A DNA stretch of 64,000 nucleotides from Dehalococcoidia bacterium (GTDB taxonomy: Bacteria > Chloroflexota > Dehalococcoidia > UBA2979), in contig OZ219868.1 in NCBI GenBank assembly GCA_964291495.2, positions 1-64,000 on the forward strand, given 5' to 3'. The notes beneath the pieces are model-generated. The model had not been told where the DNA came from, did no database searches, and was given only the letters and a program-made list of their open reading frames with translations. A program made the translations under genes and the position numbers. This document shows positions 41,477 through 48,891 of this stretch, one piece after another. How positions within the stretch are numbered: the stretch's first letter is position 1; the number at the start of each line of letters is the position of its first letter.

Positions 41477-43129
41477 TCAGCGCCGCGCCGCGATCGGCAC
41501 GCTGACGGGGCGGCTGAGGCGGCCCCAGGAGGGGAACCACGCCGAGTGCTTCCCCGCGCCGCCCGCGACGACAATGTTGATGCCCTCGGCTTCCTCGGCG
41601 ATCGGCAGCAGCACGTCGTCGTCGAAGCGTTCCTGCGCGCTCTCGGGCACATCGCCCTCGGGGACGCGGCGCACGGCGATGGCGCGCCGCAGCTCGGGCG
41701 AGAGCTTCCCCGCCGGGTAGCGCGCGTGCTCGAACAGCCACTCGCGGATGCTCTCGCGCGTCCAGCCGTCGCCGGCGAGGAGCGCCGCGTGCTCCGGGCA
41801 GAGCGCGAGCAGCGGGTTGCCGCGGTTGAGGATGTTGTTGCTGCCCGGCTGGCTCATCGCCGCGGCGATCGTGCGCAGCAGGCCCTCGCCCGTGTTGCTG
41901 TCGCCGTCGCGGATGTTGTGCGGGCCCTCGCTGCCGAAGACCGTGACCGCACTCGCGCCCGCCTCGAGGCCGCGCGCGACGTGGAAGGGCTCCCAGGGGT
42001 TCGCCCCGGCGTTCTCGGCGAAGCAGGAGGCGAACTTCGCCGGCGTGCCCTGTGTGGCCTGGTCGCCGCGCCCCGGCTGCGCGCCGCCGATGTTGAGGAG
42101 CACCAGGCGGATCGCACGGCCGATCGAGGCGTTCGCGGGGAAGGCCGGCCCGAAGCAGCCGCTGCCCGAGTGAATGCCGAGCTCCTCGGCGATCGGACCG
42201 CTCACCACGATCGTCTCGGCCACCGGGTGCGTCGTCGCGTTCATCCCGGCGACGTTGTGCGACTCGTCGAGGATCGCTTGCACCACCGCCAGCACCACGG
42301 GGAAGGCGCGCGCCTCGCAGCCGGCCATCGCGGCGTTCGCGGCGACGACCTCGACCGTCACGAGCCCGTGGCCGGGCGGCAGCACGCCGAGGACGTCGAG
42401 GGCGTCACGGTCGCCGCAGGCGATCAGTGCCTCTACCAGCTCCGGGGTCGGCGGGATGATCGGCAGGCCGTCCGACCAGCCTCGGGCGATCGCCGCCTCG
42501 TGCAGCGCGCGCGGGTCCGAGGGCAGCGTGAGCCGCTCGGCGGGCTCGCCGCGATCCGGCAGCGCGGAGGGCGCCGCGCCCTCGTTGGCCGCGCCGCCGT
42601 TGACCGCCGTCAGCAGGCGCTCGACCTCGGGCGTCGTGGGTGTGGCGAGGCCGCCGACGGCCGAAGGCGGGATGCCGCCGAGCGGGTGCGGCACGGTGAC
42701 GTAGGGCAGGGCGGGCAGGCCGCGCCGCTCGGCCTCGTACTCAATGAGGCCGCTGAAGGCGTCGGTGCCGATCGTGACGGTCGGGACTCCGCGGGCTTCG
42801 AGGGCGATCGAGGCGTGGACACTCCACGTCGTGCAGCTGCCTCAGTCGCAGCTCCCGACGAGCACGAAGTCGGCCTCCTTCGAGAATGCCTCGAGCACGG
42901 AGCCCGGCGCGGGCGCCGAGGCGTTCTTGGACCTCAGCGCCGTCGGCCCGAGGTCGTGCCGCTCGCGCAGGCCCTCGACGAGCCGTTCGAGCAGCAGTTT
43001 GGCGTTCGCCTTGCGGTTCTCGAGGATGCCGGGCCGCAGCCCGTCGAGGCTGGCGGGCCGCGGCGCGAGGGGGATGGCGGCCTGGTGCAGCCGCCCGCGC
43101 GGGTTCAGCACCTCGATCGTCCCGGCCAT
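41477..43129 (-). CDS. UGSC-family selenoprotein fused to a 'DGLPIIPPT' partner domain (550 aa; Sec at codon 96)
   Basis: ORFs 42842-43129 and 41477-42694 are in the same frame, separated only by TGA in GSCD-U-GSCTTWSVH; the 49 intervening codons are open; RBS GAGGAGG before ATG 43129; SECIS-like hairpin follows the UGA. Confidence 0.88.
42809..42844 (-). promoter_or_regulatory. Bacterial SECIS-like element
   Basis: UGA GGCAGCUGCACGA CGUGGA GUG UCCACG CCUCG: 6-bp stem, apical loop starting GU, 19 nt after the UGA. Confidence 0.75.
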
Positions 43130-43232
43130 GGCGCGCCTCCTCTCGCGTTCGCGCGGATGCTACACCGCGAGGGCGACCGCGAGTGAAGGCCGCCGTCCAT
43201 CCCCCCTCCTCGCGGGAGAGCTTTGCAGAACC

Positions 43233-43259
43233 GTCATTCCGGCGAAAGCCGGAATCCAG
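43233..43259. repeat. REP/dRS3-like palindrome
   Basis: GTCATTCCGGCGAAAGCCGGAATCCAG (ATTCCGGC-GAAA-GCCGGAAT). Confidence 0.75.
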
Positions 43260-43904
43260 GCGCCAGCCAGGCGAGGAGCGAACGGAGCCACGAGGGCGGC
43301 GCGCGTCGCCTGCGGGGGGCTGCGCCCCCCACACCCCCATCCCGGACGAGCACGCGCTGCGCGCGGCTCGGACCCGCCCACCCGCCCTCGGACTATCTTT
43401 CTGTGGGGGCTCCGCCCCCACGCCCCCGCCGGATCAGGCTCGGGCGGTGCAACCCTCGCACGCGTACGGAGGTTCTGATGGCGTCCGCTCCCGTCTCCCC
43501 GGGGGAGAGGGTAGGGGTGAGGGCGCTCCTAGCTGTTCGTGAACCGCGGCTCGCGCCGCTCGATGAAGGCGGCGACGGCCTCCTTGTGGTCGGCGGTGAT
43601 CATCGACATGCCCTCGGCGGCGAGCGAGTAGTGCATCACGTCGTTCGACATCGCGAGCAGCACGCGGTTGATCGAGCGCTTCGTCGAGCGCACGGCGTAG
43701 GGCGCGCCCGCCGCCAGCTTCGAGGCGATCGCCAGTGCCTCGTCGAGCAACTCGTCGTCCTCGACCACCTTGAAGACGAGGCCGATCCGCTCGGCGGTCT
43801 CGGCGTCGAGGCGCTCGCCGGTCATCAGGTAGTACTTGGCGTGCTGCGGCCCGGCGAGCAGCGGCCAGAGCAGCGCGCCGCCGTCGCCGGCGGTGAGGCC
43901 GACC
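43246..43904. repeat. Duplicated block, copy A (palindromic modules + enoyl-CoA hydratase 3' end)
   Basis: Colinear with 44945-45607; coding part 43529-43904 differs at ~9 of 376 nt by eye. Confidence 0.85.
43529..43904 (-). pseudogene. 5'-truncated enoyl-CoA hydratase fragment
   Basis: Matches the last ~124 codons of 45232-46050; similarity ends abruptly at GGCCGACC|TATGAT. Confidence 0.85.
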
Positions 43905-43956
43905 TATGATGCGTGGCGGCATCGCGACGTGCCGCGCATACCGAAGGAGGCCCGAG

Positions 43957-44805
43957 GTGGGCGACTACGAGAACATCCTCTACGAGACCGACGACGACCA
44001 GATCGCAACCATCACCCTCAACCGTCCGAACCAGATGAACGCGATCTCCCCGGACCTCGAGCGCGAGCTCCATGAGGCCCTCGACGAGGCGGCCGCTGAC
44101 GACGCGGTGCGCACGATCATCCTCACCGGCGCGGGCCGTGCGTTCTCCGCGGGCTACGACATCGGCCGCGAGCGCGAGGCGCCCAGCACGCGCAGCGCGA
44201 CGCTGGCGCAGTGGATGCCGAAGGACATGAACCACACCGACCACGTGATGCACATCATGGAGCTGGACAAGCCGGTCATCGCCGCCGTCAACGGCTGGGC
44301 GCTGGGTGGCGGGTTCTGGTACACGCTCGCCTGCGACATCACCATCGCGTCCGAGCAGGCCGCGTTCGGCCAGCCCGAGGTGCGCATGGTGTCGAACACC
44401 TCGTTCCTCTTCCCTGCCCTCGTCGGCTGGAAGGTGGCGGCCCGCTACGCGCTCACCGGTGACCACTTCGGCCCCGAGGAAGCCGTGCGCATCGGCGCCA
44501 TCAACGAGGTCGTCCCGCACGACGAGCTGATGTCGCGCGCACGCGAGATGGCGAAGCGGCTGGCGATGGTGCCGTCTGACTCCGTGCGGCTCAACAAGAA
44601 GCTCACCACGCTCGGCTTCCAGGCGATGGGCCTGCGCAACGCCGTCCAGACCGGCGGACTGATCTCCATCCTCGCGCACGCCTCGACAGACGCCGAGGAA
44701 GTCGCCGACATGTACGAGGTGCAGCGCAACGAGGGCCTCGGCGCCTTCCTGAAGATGCGCGACACCAAGTTCATCCCCGAGCCGGGCGGCCCACGCTCGC
44801 GGTAA
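43957..44805 (+). CDS. Enoyl-CoA hydratase/isomerase family protein
   Basis: ITLNRP..MNA, GRAFSAGYD, KPVIAAVNG.ALGGG, FGQPE; RBS AAGGAGG; TATGAT -10 at 43905. Confidence 0.92.
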   Translation: MGDYENILYETDDDQIATITLNRPNQMNAISPDLERELHEALDEAAADDAVRTIILTGAGRAFSAGYDIGREREAPSTRSATLAQWMPKDMNHTDHVMHIMELDKPVIAAVNGWALGGGFWYTLACDITIASEQAAFGQPEVRMVSNTSFLFPALVGWKVAARYALTGDHFGPEEAVRIGAINEVVPHDELMSRAREMAKRLAMVPSDSVRLNKKLTTLGFQAMGLRNAVQTGGLISILAHASTDAEEVADMYEVQRNEGLGAFLKMRDTKFIPEPGGPRSR

Positions 44806-44823
44806 GCCAAGGGCACGGGCTCC

Positions 44824-44950
44824 GTGACGGAGCAAGACACGACGGCGGCGCTGCCGGACCTCGACGCGATCCGGCGCGCCGCCGACGTGCTCGGCGAGCA
44901 CCTCTCGCTGCCCTCGCCGCTCGTCTACTCACCCGCGCTGTCGGAAGCCG
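44824..44950 (+). pseudogene. N-terminal remnant of a PLP-dependent Ser/Thr dehydratase-like gene
   Basis: MTEQDTTAALPDLDAIRRAADVLGEHLSLPSPLVYSPALSEA resembles PALP N-termini (compare ilvA TIEDVYAARERI...TPL...LS), then runs into non-coding repeat. Confidence 0.65.
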
Positions 44951-45607
44951 GAACCCAGTTGGCCCGCCGGCCTGGCTGCCGCCTCGATGGATCGTCGCGC
45001 CCTCGTGGGTTCGTGCCCGGCGGGCGTCGGAGACCGAGCGCTGCGCGCCGCTCAGCCCACCCACCCGCCCGCGGAGTTTCCTTGTGTGTGGGGGCGGAGC
45101 CCCCACGCCCCCGCCGGATCACGTGCCTGCGACGCGGCCTTCGACGCCGCACCGAACTCCCGATTGCGTCCGGCCCCCTCTCCCCGAGGGAGAGGGTTGG
45201 GGTGAGGGCCTTCCGGGTCCGGCGCAACAGCCTAGCTGTTCGTAAACCTCGGTTCGCGCCGCTCGATGAAGGCGGCGACGGCCTCCTTGTGGTCGGCGGT
45301 CATCATCGACATGCCCTCGGCGGCGAGCGAGTAGTGCATCACGTCGTTCGACATCGCGAGCAGCACGCGGTTGATCGAGCGCTTCGTCGAGCGCACGGCG
45401 TAGGGCGCGCCCGCCGCCAGCTTCGAGGCGATCGCCAGCGCCTCGTCGAGCAGGTCATCGTCCTCGACGACCTTGAAGACGAGGCCGATCCGCTCGGCGG
45501 TCTCGGCGTCGAGGCGCTCGCCGGTCATCAGGTAGTACTTGGCGTGCTGCGGCCCGGCGAGCAGCGGCCAGAGCAGCGCGCCGCCGTCGCCGGCGGTGAG
45601 GCCGACC
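44945..45607. repeat. Duplicated block, copy B
   Basis: Starts with half-REP AAGCCGGAACCCAG; shares GTGGGGGC-nnn-GCCCCCACGCCCCCGCCGGATCA and CTCCCC..GGGGAGAGGGT.GGGGTGAGGGC modules and the gene 3' end with copy A. Confidence 0.85.
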
Positions 45608-46050
45608 GAGACGTGCGGGTCGGCGAAGACGGCGCTGCGCCCCGCAATCACGATGTCGCCGAGCAGCGCGGTGGTGCAGCCGAAGCCGAGCGCGTAGCCC
45701 TTGACGGCGGTGATGACCGGCTTGTCGTTGTTGAGGAAGCCCTCGACGATCTCGCGCGGCTCGCCAAGCACATCGAGCGCGCTCATCCCCTTGCCCCCGC
45801 CGCCGAGTCGCTGCTGCACGTCGGCGCCGGAGCAGAAGGAGCGCCCGGCCCCGGTGATCACCGCCGCGCGCACGTCCGGATCCTCCTGGATGTCACCCGG
45901 GAGCTGTGCGAACTCCGCATGCATCACCGCCGTCGAGGCGTTGTGCCGCTCCGGCCGGTTGAGCGTGATCAGCGCGACCCCGTCGTCGCGCTTCTCGATC
46001 AGCATCTCCGCATAGTTCGCCTGGTCAAGCGTCCTGGCCTCACGCGGCAT
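45232..46050 (-). CDS. Enoyl-CoA hydratase/isomerase family protein
   Basis: ITLNRPERHNA, FCSGAD, KPVITAV.G.ALG.G, DPHV.VGL.AGDGG; RBS GAGGAGG. Confidence 0.92.
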   Translation of the reverse strand: MPREARTLDQANYAEMLIEKRDDGVALITLNRPERHNASTAVMHAEFAQLPGDIQEDPDVRAAVITGAGRSFCSGADVQQRLGGGGKGMSALDVLGEPREIVEGFLNNDKPVITAVKGYALGFGCTTALLGDIVIAGRSAVFADPHVSVGLTAGDGGALLWPLLAGPQHAKYYLMTGERLDAETAERIGLVFKVVEDDDLLDEALAIASKLAAGAPYAVRSTKRSINRVLLAMSNDVMHYSLAAEGMSMMTADHKEAVAAFIERREPRFTNS

Positions 46051-46116
46051 CTTGGCCCTCCTCATCGCTGCGCGGGGATGCTAGCACTGGGGGCGAGGGC
46101 AGCTGCTCCTTGCTCG

Positions 46117-48294
46117 TCACGCCTGTCGCCACGGCTCAACGCCGCGTCGTTCGGCTGCGGGAACGAGCGCCGCGTGCACACGCGGCAACAACTTCGCGAG
46201 GTCGCTCTGGTAGGCCCGGAACAACAGTCCCGCGTCGTGAGGCTCCGTGTACCGCCGCTGAAGGTTGTAGCGAACGACAGTCGAGGCCAGAATCTCGGCA
46301 AGCATCGCGTTGAAGTGCGGGGTTTCCTGCCCCGGCCAATTGTCCTTCTTGGGGCCTAAGTAGGCTTTGACAGATGGGTCTAGGGCATTGACCTTCAGCG
46401 TGCTGCCCTCCAGCCATGAGCGCTGAGGCACATCGAACTCGTCGATGTCAGGTCTGATCCCGGAAGCAGCAGCACTGGTCACGCGTACTTCGGACTCGGC
46501 AGCCTCTTCACCGACGGCGGCAACGATCCGCGCCTTGGCGCCGACGCCCGACCCGCGGATCCTCACGGGACACACCCCGGCCCGTAGCGCTTCGTCGTAG
46601 CCGAACACGAACAAGGGAGCTTGGTCGATCAGTTGGATGCCGGGGTCGCCCTGTATGTCGATGCGCGGCGTCACAGCTCCGTCGGCAACCAAGTCCCACG
46701 GGGCAAGCAGTCGGGCCATGCGGCGAGCCCCGTCCCTCACGCTGTAGGACGCGCTGTCGAATTGGATGCTCTCGACCGGCTCCGAATCCTGGACGAGCCG
46801 CCACTCGATGAGCCCGTCACCAACGATCCCTGCGACGCTCACCGCAAGCTCCGTAACCGCCCCCTCCTCGCGCCCGGGAGAGCGGTGGGTAGCAGTGAAG
46901 TAAACGCCGTCAGCCCGCGCGGTCATCTGTAGCTCGACGGGGTCGTGCTCACCCTCTTCGTCCGTCAGCCGGACAGTAGCCGTGGGCGGTTCATCCAAGG
47001 GCTCATTGGGCCGGTACCGGATGGATACGCGTCCGGTTTCGCCGGGCTCCACAACGCGAAGAGCAGGAATAACCGTCAGCCCCGGCTCAGGCAAGTGACC
47101 GCCACCGCCACCTCCTTCCTCGTCGGTTTCCTCGAGGTACTCGTTGAGTACCCTGCTCACACGATCGAATCGGCGGCGCTGGCTGTCGGATTGCCGGACA
47201 CCCGCGCCACGCTCGGCTTCTTGGCGCAGCCTTTCTAGGTGCGGTTGCAGCGCCTCTTCAATCGCCTTGTACAGTGCATCGACGAACGGATGGTCGCCAC
47301 GGTCGACCAGTCCGTAGCGATCACGGCGAACGAGCCGTATCGGGTTGTCGTGTGGCGGGCTCTGCCCGGCCTCAATGCAGTCGTCGTACTGGCGAATCAG
47401 CTCGTTGATTGCCGGGACGTCAACTGCGCCGAAGAGCCTCCCCAGATAGTGAGCGTATGGACCGCGAGCGAACGTACCCCCCTGAAACACCTCGTATGCC
47501 GCGCGTCCAGACTTGATAAGTAGCGAGTGCCGCCAGTATTCCCACGGCTGGTTATCGTCGAGCGACTCGGCGCACTCCGACAGGGTCAGAACGAGTTCGC
47601 GTCCATCGTAGCCCGGGATGGGCAGGCTCTCGTGGCCGATGAGCAGTTTGCCCCGAGGCGGCTCGAAGACGACCTTCTTGTCGTTGAGGGTGAGTTCGCG
47701 GCCTCGACGGTCCTCAAGGATGGGCCTCATCGCGTAGTGCCGCTTGAGGTTCTCCATCAGCGTCGCTTCGCGCGGGATCCTGAACCGCGGCTGGATCTCC
47801 AAGATCACGGTTGTTCCCGTGTCGCGGCGTTCCACCGCTGGGAGCTCATCGATTCGCCACTGATTAGTTGCTCCGGAGTCGTACTCAATCGCGAAGCGAG
47901 TATGTTCGCCATCGCGCTTCGATTCCCAACTCACCGGGCCGAAGTGCACTACATCCTTAGCCCCACGGCCAAGCAGCCCGCGGCGCTGTGCACCCCCTTC
48001 AAAGCCGCTTGTCCGACCGCCGAGCGTCCCGAGGCGCTCCTTCATTTCTGCATTGGTCATGCCTCGGGCCCGGTCGCGGACACGGAGAATCGTCGGGCTC
48101 TTGCGCCGCGGCTCCCACTCGACGCGGATCTTCCCCTTGCGATTGTTCGAGACATCCTCGTAGGAGTCGTCTGCGTTGGTGACAAGCTCAACGATGGCGC
48201 GAATGGGATCAGAGCCCATCGCGTTCTCGGCATCCTGCTGATAGCTGCGTGTGGTGGCGATCAACTCTCCGCGGACAGGCTGGCCTTCAACCAT
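46117..48294 (-). CDS. GHKL (Hsp90/MORC-like) ATPase with long beta-rich C-terminal region (725 aa)
   Basis: N-box IVELVTNADDS, G1 VRDRARGM, G2 GLLGRGAK, G3 GTTV; S5-like segment with DRYGL; atypical codon usage. Confidence 0.8.
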   Translation of the reverse strand: MVEGQPVRGELIATTRSYQQDAENAMGSDPIRAIVELVTNADDSYEDVSNNRKGKIRVEWEPRRKSPTILRVRDRARGMTNAEMKERLGTLGGRTSGFEGGAQRRGLLGRGAKDVVHFGPVSWESKRDGEHTRFAIEYDSGATNQWRIDELPAVERRDTGTTVILEIQPRFRIPREATLMENLKRHYAMRPILEDRRGRELTLNDKKVVFEPPRGKLLIGHESLPIPGYDGRELVLTLSECAESLDDNQPWEYWRHSLLIKSGRAAYEVFQGGTFARGPYAHYLGRLFGAVDVPAINELIRQYDDCIEAGQSPPHDNPIRLVRRDRYGLVDRGDHPFVDALYKAIEEALQPHLERLRQEAERGAGVRQSDSQRRRFDRVSRVLNEYLEETDEEGGGGGGHLPEPGLTVIPALRVVEPGETGRVSIRYRPNEPLDEPPTATVRLTDEEGEHDPVELQMTARADGVYFTATHRSPGREEGAVTELAVSVAGIVGDGLIEWRLVQDSEPVESIQFDSASYSVRDGARRMARLLAPWDLVADGAVTPRIDIQGDPGIQLIDQAPLFVFGYDEALRAGVCPVRIRGSGVGAKARIVAAVGEEAAESEVRVTSAAASGIRPDIDEFDVPQRSWLEGSTLKVNALDPSVKAYLGPKKDNWPGQETPHFNAMLAEILASTVVRYNLQRRYTEPHDAGLLFRAYQSDLAKLLPRVHAALVPAAERRGVEPWRQA

Positions 48295-48830
48295 CCCAAG
48301 AAACCCTCCAGTTCCTGCCGTCCTCCGGCCCGGGCGGCTCCCTCCAGCTCGGCGATGCGTCGCTCGATCGAGGTGGCTGGCGCGTCCGCCTGCAACCCGA
48401 CAGCGTCGGCGGCTCGAAAGATTGAGACGGGGCCCGCACCTGCCTGCCACTCGTCGAACATGGGATGCTGCCGCAGGCGCCTCAGTTCGCGGTCATCAGC
48501 GACACGCAGGACCGACGCTCCACCGGCGCTGTCGTCACCGGCCAACTGCGCTCGTTCCTGGGCCCAGTCAATCCCTGCTGGCGTGAGTAGCCAGCCCACT
48601 CGCTTGTCACCGGTTACAAGCGCCCCGTGCTTCTCCTTTTTTCCGTCGCGAAGGGCGACTCCGGCGCGGTCGATGTCAGGGTAGTCATGTCGTTCCCAGC
48701 TAAAGCGCCTTGGTGCCAGCTCGTAGCATTTGACAGCCACATCTTCTTGATGCTGCCTCGACGTGGCCCCTCCAAGCGAGTAGAGGGCCAACGCCGCGAC
48801 CTGCCAATTCGTCATGCGATCCAACGACAT
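48261..48830 (-). CDS. Hypothetical winged-helix DNA-binding protein (189 aa)
   Basis: ALYSLGG...EDVAVKCYELAP.RFSW...GWLLTPAGIDWA wHTH-like wing; overlaps the ATPase start by 34 nt. Confidence 0.65.
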   Translation of the reverse strand: MSLDRMTNWQVAALALYSLGGATSRQHQEDVAVKCYELAPRRFSWERHDYPDIDRAGVALRDGKKEKHGALVTGDKRVGWLLTPAGIDWAQERAQLAGDDSAGGASVLRVADDRELRRLRQHPMFDEWQAGAGPVSIFRAADAVGLQADAPATSIERRIAELEGAARAGGRQELEGFLGWLKASLSAES

Positions 48831-48891
48831 CGCAGAGCGGCGGGGTGGATTGGTCACGCGGACAGACTCTCTTCGACGGACCAAGTCCTCC

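Noticed and set aside
42842-43129. Treating the 95-aa ORF and the 405-aa ORF (41477-42694) as two separate genes
   Set aside because: Same frame, open between them, no RBS before GTG 42694, and UGSC motif plus SECIS-like hairpin indicate a single recoded gene
43190-45230. CRISPR array or IS element in the repeat-rich region
   Set aside because: No regularly spaced identical repeats with unique spacers, no cas genes, no transposase ORF or terminal inverted repeats with target duplication
44824-46359. 511-aa plus-strand ORF
   Set aside because: Only the first ~43 codons look like real protein; the rest crosses repeats and is antisense to the enoyl-CoA hydratase
35166-48890. Genomic island integrated at tRNA-Leu
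   Set aside because: No integrase and no duplicated tRNA 3' end seen; genes downstream of the tRNA have native codon usage
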